64,000 nucleotides of DNA from NCBI GenBank assembly GCA_951406725.2, contig OX597817.1:51708001-51772000 (forward strand), given 5' to 3'. Numbering within the stretch: position 1 is the first letter of the stretch; each line of letters opens with the position of its first letter. A program made the translations under genes and the position numbers. The stretch is from Octopus vulgaris. Lineage: Eukaryota. The notes under the pieces were generated by a model that did not search any database, was not told where the DNA came from, and saw nothing but the letters and a program-made list of their open reading frames with translations. This document shows, one piece after another, positions 27,687-40,312 of this stretch.

Positions 27687-29056
27687 ATTTTCGATCTAAA
27701 AATAGCAATATTTTAAAATATAATTTTAAATAATTTAAAATAATAAAATAATAAAATTATCAATGAAAGAATATAAAAAAATAAAATAAAAATATAATCT
27801 ATATATAATCTATATATAATCTATATATAATCAATATATAATCTAAAATAATCTAAAATAAACCCTATAAACAATTGAAAATAAAAACCTATTATAAAAG
27901 TTCTCATATTTAAAAATGTACAAAAACCAAAAAACAACAAGCAAAAAACAAAAACCAAAACCTAAAAACAAAAACAAAAAATAAACTATATATACACACA
28001 CATGCTCATACACTCAACACATTACTTATTCATACTTCCTCACACACACATACAACACTCAATTCATAAACAATATACATATACCCGCTCACACATACAT
28101 ATACATACACATACATACAGAACACGATATATACCAATATATAAACACCCACACCCATACAGATAAATAAATTACGCAAACAATCACACGCACACACACA
28201 TTTTCACACATACATAAACACTCAAAAGAAAACCGAACAATTCTTAGCACGTGGATATCAAACATTTTTAAAAAGTTATGAATGGAAAAGAAATCCATAC
28301 ATACAAGTATAAATATAACTATACAAACCCTAACACAATACACACAAATACACACACATATATACACCCACCCACAAACATAACCATATACACACTCACA
28401 CATACATATACATACGTACAAGTCTCGATACAAACAAACTTTAATAAAACGACCATGAAAAACGAAAACTCATATATATTAATATATATATAAAAGAGTG
28501 TGTACACGCAGACGGGTGCAATCACACGCACATTCAAAACTTACATATATACAAGTGCATAAATAATCACACCCAATTACATAGCACTCATACACTCCCA
28601 CATCTACACTTACACTTGTACACTCTCACACATACATACACACCCATACCTACATACAAAAATTCTTATTAAAATAATCATGATAAATAAAATCCATACA
28701 TACAAGTATAAATATAAAGATACAGCCCATTACACAATACACACAAATACACACATATATACACACACCCACAAACATAACCATATACACACTCACACAT
28801 ACAAATAATACGTACAAAACTCGATACAATCAAATACGCACACGCACACAAATTCACACATACATAAACATACGAAAGAAAACAACATCTCTACACATAA
28901 TACGATATATAAAATACTCCATAAGAAATCAGATTATCATAAGTAACAAGATTAACAAAGGAGAAAAATAGACATACCTTCTAATCAGTATCAAATTTTG
29001 AAGTGAATAACTTTATCCGTTATTACAATAAACAAAAATTGCGTTACCAATTATAT

Positions 29057-29100
<44 letters not shown>

Positions 29101-29159
29101 TACATATATATATATACATAAATACATATATACATACATACACACACACATATATATAG

Positions 29160-29513
29160 AAGACCACAGCTCTTTAACATCCTCCCTAAATGCCTGAGAG
29201 ACTTGCATGGTGTGGATGTGGGTTTCTTTAAAACTAAACTGGATCTCTTCTTGTCGGGGGTCCCAGATGAACCTACCTCACCACGGGAGACACAGATGCG
29301 GGCAGCGGCATCGAACTTCTTGTTGATCAAGTGCCACGTATCAGAGGTGGATTCACATATTAGTGTAGCTCATTCAGCGGTGGTGCCCCAGCATGGCGGT
29401 GGTGCCCCAGCATGGCGGTGGTGCCCCAGCATGGCGGTGGTGCCCCAGCATGGCGGTGGTGCCCCAGCATGGCGGTGGTGCCCCAGCAGGCCTTCGGGCT
29501 AAAACATTTTTAA

Positions 29514-29517
<4 letters not shown>
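29160..29517 (+). mobile_element. 3' fragment of the second CR1-like LINE with amplified 19-mer
   Basis: Near-identical to 19450-19728; GCGGTGGTGCCCCAGCATG x6 at 29377-29490. Confidence 0.85.
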
Positions 29518-29567
<50 letters not shown>

Positions 29568-29608
29568 GAAAGAATAGAGTTGAACGACGAATTAACAAAA
29601 TTCCTTTA

Positions 29609-29691
29609 TTTTCGACATATGTTTCGAAGGCTGCATATTGCTAATTTCGAAGGAATAAGGGGTGCATTATGCCGCTTTCTCATCAGGAAAA
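29609..29691 (-). ncRNA. Type I hammerhead with extended helix II
   Basis: uuuuc-CUGAUGA-GAAagcggcaua...uaugcagccUUC-GAAACAUAUGUC-gaaaa. Confidence 0.85.
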
Positions 29692-30238
29692 ACAAGGAAC
29701 TTATGTCAGCATCAAGATGCACAAAAACTTTTAGATGACCGCCCACACGGAACCCATAGCGGTAATTAGTGTTTCTTTAAAATATTCCGTTATAAGCAGT
29801 GACGTCAAAAATGGTTGAATGTAGAAGATTCTAGAAGGTTCAAGGGTTCAAACAAGGTTGGAGGAGAGAGACCTAAGAATAGGAAGGTGAAAGGGTGCAG
29901 GTCAAATGAATGGTGATTTTGTTGTTTTCTTTTGTGAATGAGTGCCTATGTGTGTGTATGTATATAACTGCATTAATGGCTATGTGTGTGTATGTGTGTG
30001 CGTGAGTGTGTGTGTGGATGGGTAGATGCCAAAAACAGACAATGGTGAAGTGACTGGTTTGTGTCTGTGTGTTTGATTGTGCTTACGATAGAGAGAGGGA
30101 AAGAAAGAGAGAGAGGAGGGCGAGTTAGAGAGACAAAGGGTTGGGTAGTAGTCCTTTAAGAGTATAAAAATTGACTATGGGGTGAAATATAAATGGGACT
30201 ATATTATTAAAATTCAAGGAGGTTATCTATATTAATCA

Positions 30239-32200
30239 TTATTCATATGAGTGAAAGGTGTGTTTTTGCCAGTGCATGCATCTATAGGATTTCTCGACCA
30301 TTGTATTTATTAAAGGGACTTTGGCGAACAAAATATGGAAAAGTTCGGAATTACAGACGCCACAAAATGTTCTGCCCTTATCAAACGGAAAGGATACAGA
30401 CAATATGGACCATTCCAGCTTGAAAGTTGTATTGCTGTCCTTAAGACGCCAAACTATTTTACTTAGTCCTGTGCTGTGTTGTTTTCTCTTATCTCGGAAA
30501 GTTGAATAATGGTTGGAGATCCTGTGTGCTAATTTAGAAGTAGTTGCCCCAATGTAGAAGAAGACATCGGTACCAGAAGAAATTTTGCACTGGTAAATGG
30601 AATTTCTAATTTTGGAATTGCTGGATAAGAACTTTAATCTGTTAGGGTTTACCTCCGAGACTAAGACGGAGTTTTTATTGTTATGATTGGTGTTAATATT
30701 ATTGCTAGCATTAACCACAATACTATTTATATTATTATCATTACTATTAATTGTACTATCGTCGGTAATTTCCCTGACTATAGGAATACTGGGGTTGTTA
30801 TCATCAATACTACCACTGTTATTAGGAATGCTGTCGTTATTACCACTAACACTACCACTGTTAATAAGCCGACTAATATTATTATTAATATTAATATTGT
30901 TAATGCCAACGCTGCTATGAATGTTGCTATTATCAATACTATTTCTATTATTATTATTATTGTATGTTTGGTTGGAATTGGTATGGGCAGTGTCGCTACT
31001 CCCGGGTGATGAGTCCTTATTTAGCAGCTTGTTATTATGGGAGGCAATGATCTGCGATAGATTACTAGTGTTGGAGAATGCAATCCTTACCTTATGCGAA
31101 TTGATAGTAGAGTAATACCTAGAATTCCTGAGAAAGTTTCTAGCTATGGCTTCACGGAACTGTAAAGGGAGGTTAGACCTGATTTGTTTCCCGAAATGAA
31201 TGACAAACCAGATATAGTTTTTTTTGGACTTAAAATAGTTCAGAGTGTTAACATTTACATTAAAGGGAGTATTTCTGTGTTGGAGAATTTGTGTTGGTTT
31301 CCGATTGCCTCCCTTGGTCCGTAAATTATTTTTGTTAAGTATAGTGGTGTCGACGTTGTTAGAGCTGAAATCATTATTTACATTATTTCTATTGTTATTA
31401 GCTTTCTTATCCCGAGAAGCATATATCGGTTTAGAATGGGCCGGGTCGATATATGATACTTTATCTCTATAACCGGCTTTTGACAAGGCGGCGTTATAAA
31501 ATTCCGCTTTTTGGTTAAAGATGTCGACATTAGCAGATAAATTTTAAAGTCTTAAGGATATATTTTTAACTAAATTATCGGTGATAGTTTTGGCATGGTT
31601 ACTGAAAATGCTGATATATTTAAGATTAGTAGAAGGCTTATGATAAGGGAAGTAAGAATTATTCTGCAGAGTTAGGGTAACATCTAAGAAGTTGGCTTTA
31701 GTTAATTCGTCGTCGAAAACTATGCTCAAGCCCATTCTGCTAAAAAATCTAGCTAATCTGTTTTTAGTCTTCTGTATCATATTGATCGGAGCATTCTGTA
31801 GGTAAAGTAGACAATCGTCTCGCTACAGACCGCCGCAGATGTCCGGGAATTGGTCGGCCAATTCATAGAGAATATAGATTCCGACCAAATCGGGTATCTG
31901 GGCGCTATCTGTACTTCCTATTAGTACATCGAACGCGTTGGAGGTGTCCCTGCGGACCCATAACTTATCATCGAATTTTATGAAGGATTTTCTAGCCGCT
32001 AAAATTACCTGAATTTCCTCCCTTGAGAGGCCTGCCTTATTATGTGCGTGCCATAGGGCCTTATTGAGTACACTAGGGTTTATCGAAGGGTAGAAACTAG
32101 ATATATGGAATTGAATGAAGTTTGTGCTGTCCTTATTAGTAATAGAAGAAAAGCACTCTACGACTTGAGTGGAGCTAGACCATAGGCTGAGTTTTAACTT
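30239..32200 (-). pseudogene. Penelope RT + Asn-rich linker + GIY-YIG ORF with premature stops
   Basis: ORFs 31544-31780 and 30239-31486 are in one frame; SIYQCKI...FFYIGATT...RISNH...STGLSKIVWRLKD...CGVCNSE...CMH. Confidence 0.85.
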
Positions 32201-32791
32201 ATTGATTTATATAGGTATGTATTTATCTAAAATATACTTACGTGATTTCTGCCCTAGGCATGTAGCTTCAACCGTGTTTTTCTGACGTGAATTTGCTACC
32301 CTGGTATCGGTTAACCGAATTATCCATAATAAGATAATTCATTCAACTACTCAATTATATATATATATATATATATATCCATAATAAGATAATTCATTCA
32401 ACTACTCAATTATATATATATATATATATATATATACTACAAAATTAGAAAATGGAGAAACATACTTAAATCAATAAAACATCAACTATCAGATGATACC
32501 CAAACATTACTTTGTGGGTTGAATTTTCAACCCCTATCTCATTTTATATATATATATATATATATATAATGTGTGTGTGGAGGCGCATTGGCCCAGTGGT
32601 TAGGGCAGCGGACTCGCGGTTTCGATTCCCAGACCGGGCGTTGTGAGTGTTTATTTAGCGAAAACACCTAAAAGGGATATGTATATATATGTATATTAAC
32701 AAATATGTATATATATTCATACGTATACATACATATATATATAGATGTATATATATGTATATTAACAAATGTGTATATATACTCATACGCA

Positions 32792-32825
<34 letters not shown>

Positions 32826-33219
32826 CATATATATATACATATATATATACATAAGCACATATGCGTATATATATATATATTTATATATATATATATAAAC
32901 CATAAAAAAAACAAAAGTTAATTGTGGTGAATATATTTATTTAAGCACTTGTCATCCTGGTTAAATGACAAGTGATTAGATAAATATATAAATATATTTA
33001 CCATGTATAATAATTTCTTGCATATGTCTGCATTAATATGCATGTTCCGTATGCCTGCACTAATATACACGCTACGCATTATACAATATAATTGCTCCCC
33101 AGACTATCACAGAATAGTTGCCATGTTTCTTTGTTGGCTTAAATATTTTCACGTCAAATTCTTGATCACAGAGACTCCAAACCCACACTCGACCACCGAC
33201 AGAAAATACAGCAATTCTG

Positions 33220-33538
33220 GATTTATTTAATCGACCCCGAAAGGATGAAAGCCAAAGTCGACCTCGGCGGAATTTGAACACAGAACGTAGCAATAGACGA
33301 AATACCTATTTCTTTACTACCCACAAGGAGCTAAACACAGAGAGGACAAACAAGGACAGACAAACGGATTAAGTCGATTATATCTACCTCAGTGCGTAAC
33401 TGGTACTTATTTAATCGACCCCGAAAGGATAAAAGGCAAAGTCGACCTCGGCGGAATTTGAACTCAGAACGTAATGACAGACGAAATACGGCTACGCATT
33501 TCGCCCGGCGTGCTAACGATTCTGCCAGCTCGCCGCCT
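33220..33538 (-). mobile_element. SINE B with a headless tandem unit
   Basis: Junction CGAAATACCTATTTCT at about 33298. Confidence 0.9.
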
Positions 33539-33845
33539 AGGAGTAAGTGGCTGATCGTTTATCGTTAGCCACTCAAGCAGTAGTTTAGCTGCTATTTTAA
33601 GCACATGAAGAAACGACAAGGTGTTCTCATTAGCTTATACTTTATGACAAATAAACACGCGTCATTAAGCTCACAGATATAAAACTCAATCTGGGAGTGA
33701 AATATAAGTTTAACGACACAGGCGATGGTAGTGATGTACGGTGGCTATGAAGGGCTATAATTATCGTGCTAAGGCGTTGGAATTTAGTTCCACTTCTCTG
33801 CATCCATATGGTGTTGAAAACAACGAGACGTATCTTAGCTCACAC

Positions 33846-33965
33846 CTCGTTAATGTGTGAAGCTGAATAGAAGTAATTAGTGAAATTAATCCCAGACGGA
33901 TGGCCCTCATTAGACTTGCAATATGTGTTGCAGAGACTTGGAGAGTAAATATCTATGGCAAAATC
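33846..33965 (-). pseudogene. Candidate 120-nt exon
   Basis: tttttacag|GAT...GAG|gtgtga; DFAIDIYSPSLCNTYCKSNEGHPSGINFTNYFYSASHINE. Confidence 0.35.
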
Positions 33966-34384
33966 CTGTAAAAATATATGTAACCATAGCTGTGTACATC
34001 TATGAATGCATAATATATTTGCATCTATGTGTGTGCGAATGTACATACATATATATACTATGTGTGTGTCAGTGTGTGTGTGTGTGTACATATATATATG
34101 TATATATGTACATATTTATATTTATATATATATACAATCTTTTAATCTTTTACTTGTTTCAGTCATTTGACTGTGGCCATGATGTAGCACCGCCTTTAGT
34201 CGAGCAAATCAACCCCAGGACTTATTCTTTGTAAGCCTAGTACTTATTCTATCGGTCTCCTTTTGCCGAAGTGCTAAGTTACAGCGACGTAAATACACCA
34301 GCGTCGGTTATCACACCAGGGTATTTTTGTATGTATGTATGTATGTATATATGTACGTATGTATGTATGCATGTATGTATATGT

Positions 34385-34732
34385 GCAGATTTGTATGTCT
34401 TGCTTTATACATGCATTCTCATGCATATAGTTGCATATCTAGACATGCTCATATATATTTAAATGATAAACTTCTGGAAAGTTTTACAGATTTTTACAGT
34501 TCCAGTGATGGATTGGATCTGTAGTCTTTGAATTAGATTTCTCCTTTCTGGTTTTGAGAAGCCTAATTTCTCAAGAGTGGTATTTAGGCAGTGTGTTACA
34601 TATTCCAAGGCCCCAAATAATTACAGGTATAAACTTAAACTTGTAATCTGGATAGAGTAACTGCAGATTTCTCAATAGTTTAGCGTAGGTGTTCTCTTTT
34701 TCACTGATCTTCGGCTTTATGTTAACATTCGC
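34385..34732 (-). mobile_element. RLE-type LINE 3' fragment
   Basis: EKENTYAKLLRNLQLLYPDYKFKFIPVII/GALEYV...VKICKTFQKFII*, followed by (ATAC)n. Confidence 0.7.
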
Positions 34733-34967
34733 ATGTACGTATGTATTCTTTTATTTTTTTCATATGATTCAGACATTCGACTGCGACCATGCTGGCGTAC
34801 TGGTTTGAAATGTTTTAGTCGAACAAATCTTGTAAGCCTAGTACTTATTCTATCGGTCTCTTTTACAGAACCGCTAAATTACAGAAACGTAAAGACACCA
34901 ATACCGGTTGTCAAACGACGGTGGGGGAACAAACACAGACACCAAGACACACATAAATCCATACATA

Positions 34968-35078
<111 letters not shown>

Positions 35079-35317
35079 CATTGTAATATTTTATTCTCCG
35101 AACACATGACTGAGAAATTATGAGCTAAGCCCAGCCAGAATCGAACACACAAATCAACCCTAACACGTCGCTTCAAATCGGAGATAAAAAATATTATCAT
35201 GTTATATTATTATACGGTTTTTATTATACTATGAGCCTTCCATAGTAGCTTTCCCCCCTGTAACTTACAAAGCCTTCCGCGTTTGTTTACAAATATTATA
35301 TGAAATAAATATGTATG

Positions 35318-35395
<78 letters not shown>

Positions 35396-35540
35396 AGATA
35401 ATGGTGTCATTGAGACCCAAAGGTTTCAGGTAATGCTAAATAAGTGCTATAGACAAACTATAGTTATGTTCCAGATTCGGTAATATTGCGAATAAAGGAT
35501 TCAACGTTGGTTATATGTCAGCGTGTGTATATAAGAATTT

Positions 35541-36080
35541 TTTGCGTAATAATATAAAAAAAATCAAGGCTGTATAGATATTCGAGCATTTATAGATAGG
35601 TCTTACAGCTGTTTCTGGGATATTTATTAATTATATCCCTTCATCGGAGACGGTGTGAGTGGAAAAATTAAGTCATAGTTAGTTACATCTATTTTCTTTC
35701 ATCCACCTCACTCTCTGTTTGTATCACATCTAAACTAACTATGACTTAACTTTTCCTCTCACACCGTCTCCGATGAAGGGATATTAATTAATATCCTAGA
35801 AACAGCTGTAAGACCTTCTATATATAAATGCTCTAATATCTATACAGCCTTGGTTTTTTATCTTATTACGCAAAAAACTCTGATATATATATATATAATT
35901 TTGTTTTCGTAATGAGATAAAAAAAAACAAGGCTGTATAGATATTAGAGCATTTATAGACAGAAGGTCTTACAGCTGTTTCCAGGATATTTATTATATTC
36001 CTTCATCGGAGTCGGTATGAGGGGATGGTTAAGAAATAAGTAATTTAGATAAGATATAAAATAGAGAGTGAGGTAGGGAA
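35541..36080. mobile_element. Palindrome plus third arm carrying three CCGAUGA hammerhead motifs
   Basis: 35541-35690 inverted against 35730-35880; motifs at 35600-35651 (-), 35766-35814 (+), 35966-36013 (-): gucu-CCGAUGA-aGGGAUAU..AUAUCC-GAAACAGCUGUA-agac. Confidence 0.75.
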
Positions 36081-36623
36081 AGAAAAGAAAATTGATGTGA
36101 GATATGTAGGGATATTGCATTTGTAGATCCATTTTTTAGGCAGAATTGTATACATATAAGATTCCAATACTTTGCGAGTAAAATCTAATAATATTTAAAA
36201 ATGGTCATTCCAAGTATAGAGTTTATACACAGTGTTATTGAAACTAGGGTTTTATTTAAAGTGAGCTAAAAATAGGGAATGTATTAGTAGGGTCAAATCG
36301 AAAGCAGGAAGAGAGTAATGAAGAAAGAGAAAAAGCAAGAGAAAAAGAGAGAGTAAGAAGGAAAATAAGAGAATAATAAAATAATAAATGCTTTTTAAAA
36401 ACAGAAAGATAGGATAGAAAGAAAAAAGGAAAAAGAAAATCAAAGATATACAGTTAGTGGTCAGTGGAGATAATTTGAAAGTAGGTAGTGGGGAGATAAA
36501 GGGTGATAGAGAGAGAAAAGGTATTAGAGTGTAAAATGATAGAAGGAATGGTGGGTAATAAAAGGTAAAGGAGTGACAAATGTGTAGTGATAAAGTCTAA
36601 GTGATGGGGCAGATATATTTATA

Positions 36624-36835
36624 CAGGGTGGCCCAAAAGTAGGTTTACAGTTGTCACTTAGGCACTTTAAATTATTTTTCAAACATCTTATTACATTTAA
36701 ATTTGTATGTTACAATTAACTAAATTAGCATAGAATAATGGTTTCATATATTTTTATAATTAAGATCTAAACTGTTAATATTTGAATCCGAAAGAGTTAG
36801 TCGAATAACTGTAAACCTACTTTTGGGCCACCCTG
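36624..36835. mobile_element. Tc1/mariner-type MITE
   Basis: Perfect 29-bp TIR CAGGGTGGCCCAAAAGTAGGTTTACAGTT, TA on both sides. Confidence 0.9.
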
Positions 36836-36885
36836 TATATAAATAAATATATATATATGCATACATACATATATGTGTATATGTA

Positions 36886-36923
<38 letters not shown>

Positions 36924-37626
36924 GTATGTATTTGTGTGTACGTCTGTGTGCAGGCGTGCACCTGTGAATATGTGTTTGCGTTCATGCTTGTGTGTGTGCT
37001 TGCGTATGGGTGTGTGTGTTGTTTGAGCAATTTGTTATCTTGAATCTCATTAATGTATGACGCTGAATAGAAATAATTAATGCCAACCAATATGGTGCCG
37101 GTCTGCTGACAAGATGACGGAATCCAATTCTGCTTCAATTATAAATGAACATAATCCACCCGGTTTTAAGTAGGAGTTATAAACACATACCCGTATTTGA
37201 TCGGCGCCATATTATATCTGTCTTAATCTATTTCTGTTATTTTTTTTATTTGTTTCAGGCATTTGACTGTGGTCATGCTGCAGCACCGCCTATAGTCGAA
37301 CAAACCGACCCCAGAACTTATTCTATCGGTCTCTTCTGCCGAACCGCTAGGTTACAGGGATGTAAACACATCAACATCTGTTGTCAAGCGATGGTGGGAG
37401 GACAAACCATGATACACAAACATATATATATATACATATATATATCAACTAGTTGATTGTAATTATGCTGCATTTAATTTTTGATGTAGTATCTGTTTCC
37501 GTGAATTTTGGCGGGCTCTGGCGGGGGCACTTGAATTATAACGGTGAATGCAATCGACTGAACCGCATGTGTGTTTATTGTTATGGTAAAATTTGGCATG
37601 CGGTTGAGTAAATTGTATTCTAGACA

Positions 37627-37705
37627 AATTCAGCTGAGGAGATACGGATATGTTGTGTGAGTAAAATTGCATAATTTATTAATAACGAAACAATTGTCCT
37701 GAATT
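37627..37705 (+). ncRNA. Type I hammerhead, unit 1
   Basis: aauucag-CUGAGGA-G...C-GAAACAAUUGUC-cugaauu; 7-bp helix I, palindromic ACAAUUGU, irregular helix II. Confidence 0.75.
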
Positions 37706-38117
37706 AATCTGCACTTTGGTTATTCTTTCTTTGCCCTGTTCGTTTACGCTAATAGTCGTGCTAACTGTCATCGGAAACAATTCTTCGTGGCTGAAACCTA
37801 GCGGATCTATTTTTAGTGCTAGAGTCGACCACATAGTGGTAACTCTCTTATATTTACGTATAAAATTTATTATATTCCTGGTTTTTTATGCACTAAGCCA
37901 CTTGGTGTTAAAAGATGGTACTATTAATTAGTATCCACTTTTCTCACCCTTATTAGTTGATTGTAATTATGCTGCATTTAATTTTTGATGTAGTATCTGT
38001 TTCCGTGATTTTGGCGGGCTCTTGAATTATAACGGTGAATGCAATCGACTGAACCGCATGTGTGTTTATTGTTATGGTAAAATCTGGCATGCGGTTGAGT
38101 AAATTGTATTCTAGACA

Positions 38118-38196
38118 AATTCAGCTGAGGAGATACGGATATGTTGTGTGAGTAAAATTGCATAATTTATTAATAACGAAACAATTGTCCTGAATT
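38118..38196 (+). ncRNA. Type I hammerhead, unit 2
   Basis: Identical motif 491 nt downstream. Confidence 0.75.
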
Positions 38197-38348
38197 AATC
38201 TGCACTTTTGTTATTCTTTATTTGCCCTGTTCGTTTACACTAATAGTCGTGCTAACTTTCATTGGAAACAATTCTTCGTGGCTGAAACCTAGCGGATCTA
38301 TTTTTAGTGCTAGAGTTGACCACATAGTGGTAACTCTCTTATATTTAC

Positions 38349-38394
<46 letters not shown>

Positions 38395-38395
38395 A

Positions 38396-38660
38396 AGTTT
38401 AATTTTCTGAGAGATTTTACATGCTTCGGTTCTTCTTCAAAAAACGAGCCTTTTCATAAATATTTTTAAAAGTTAAGTGTAATAAATAAGTTCATAATTG
38501 TTTCTTACTAGTCTCAACAGAGTCCACGTGGTGGTGTTTTGAGGTGGGGGGAGCATAATGGCTATCTTGCGCGGTAACTAGAAACGTTGGCTATAATAGT
38601 GATAAGGTTCGTTTTTTCAAGAACCGAAACATGTAAAATCTCTCAGAAAATTAAAATTTA
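38396..38660. repeat. Imperfect inverted repeat with degenerate hammerhead-like arms
   Basis: TTTAATTTTCTGAGAGATTTTACATG(C/T)TTCGGTTC mirrored; GGTTC..GAACC-GAAACATGTA present but core corrupted. Confidence 0.6.
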
Positions 38661-39113
38661 TCTTACATAGTGGCGTTTTCAAACTTCTTTTTTATAAATA
38701 TATACCCACTCGTATGCCACCTACACTTTATATATATATACATACACACGACGGGCTTCTTTCAGTTTCCGTCTACCAAATACACTCAGAAGGCTTTAGT
38801 CGGCCTGAGGCAATAGTAGAAGACACTTGCCCAAGGTGCCATGCAGTGCGACTGAACACGGAACTATGTAGTTGGGAAGCAAGCTTCTTACTACACAGCC
38901 AAGCGTGCCTTTATTATGTATCTTGTGAAACAGAAGTTGTTGAGGGGCTACGTTTTTGTTTATCAGCGGAATTCGTTCGTGGCTACTTGGCACTCCATCG
39001 ACATATGTTTGTTAAAGAGTTAAAATATATTCAAAATACAAAAAATGGACTGGAGTGAAATGAAGTATCTTGCTCAAGAACCCAATGCCTTGCCTGTTCC
39101 GGAAATCGAAACC

Positions 39114-39344
39114 TATTTCTTTACTACCCACAAGGGGCTAAACACAGAGAGAACAAACAAGGACAGACAAACGGATTAAGTCGATTATAACGACCCCAGA
39201 ACGTAACTGGTACTTAATCTATCGACCCCGAGAGGATGAAAGGCAAAGTCGACCTCGGCGGAATTTGAACTCAGAACGTAACGGCAGACGAAATACGGCT
39301 AGGCATTTCGCCCGGCGTGCTAACGTTTCTGCCAGCTCGCCGCC
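39114..39344 (-). mobile_element. SINE B nested in the B box of a SINE D
   Basis: CGAAACC on both sides (TSD-like); flanks are SINE D head sequence. Confidence 0.8.
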
Positions 39345-39744
39345 CGAAACCACAATCTTGTAACCGTGATGCTAGATTTAATTCTCGAATGCTCCCTGGG
39401 TTTGCGTCATAGACGCAGGAGTTGAAATTAGTACACCAGGTTCCCAGAGTCACAAACACTTCGCTTCTTAGCCAGTACGCTTTGCCTTAATGAGGCTGCG
39501 AGGACCGAAATAGTAATTGGCTGCGGAAGGCTTCCGCCTATGGTCTCCAATCAACTACAGCCACTTTGATCTGGATTCATTTGCTATACCTATCTTCTCG
39601 GTGACATTCTCCAGTTGTTTCGATTCCAGACCAATCTTCTGCAAGAAATAACGCAGCGATTTATATGGAAAGCCGTAGCATCTGATTCAATGGAGAACGA
39701 GGTCACATGTCATCCCTTGACAACGGCCTCTCCGACCAAGTCCT

Positions 39745-40262
39745 CTTTACTCTTTTACTTGTTTCAGTCACTTGACTGTGGCCATGCTGGAGCACTGCCT
39801 TTAGTCGAGCAAATTGACTTCAGGTCTTATTCTTTGTAAGCCTAGTACTTATTATATCGGTCTCTTTTGCCGAATCGCTAAGTTACGGGGACGTAAACAC
39901 ACCAGCATCGGTTGTCAAGCGATGTTGGGGGGGTCAAACACAGAGACAAACACATACACATGTATATATATATAAAATTAATTAAGGGTAGAAATTGATA
40001 TTTATCAATTAAAACCAGTGGTCTAGCATATTAAAAAAGAATCCGGAGATTAAAATATTTATATATACCAATTAAGGACTGAACACGAAAAGTGTACAGT
40101 CAACATGCTAGATATAGACGTCAAATCGCCATTCTCCACAAAAGATTATGTTCTCAAATCAAACTGAGTTTGATTTGAGAACATAATCTTTTGTGGAGAA
40201 TGGCGATTTGACGTCTATATCTAGCATGTTGACTGTCCACTTTTCGTGTTCAGTCCTTAATT

Positions 40263-40312
<50 letters not shown>

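Larger units (their letters stand above)
29563..32355 (-). mobile_element. Penelope-like retroelement, 5'-truncated, with inverted terminal-repeat tip, inserted in (TA)n
   Basis: RT motifs (SFYPSI, FDVLIGSTDSAQIPDLVG, GL*RDDCL, NFLDVTL, PYHKP), C-terminal GIY-YIG, hammerhead in 3' repeat; 32240-32355 matches 44030-44148 in plus orientation. Confidence 0.9.
37449..38352 (+). mobile_element. Tandem near-dimer (about 0.49-0.50 kb unit) with one hammerhead per unit
   Basis: TAGTTGATTGTAATTATGCTG starts at about 37450 and 37953; flanked by (TA)n; lies inside a split SINE A (37240-37440 / 38735-38910). Confidence 0.85.

Noticed and set aside
29377-29490. CRISPR-like repeat array
   Set aside because: No spacers, inside a LINE 3' UTR, eukaryotic context.
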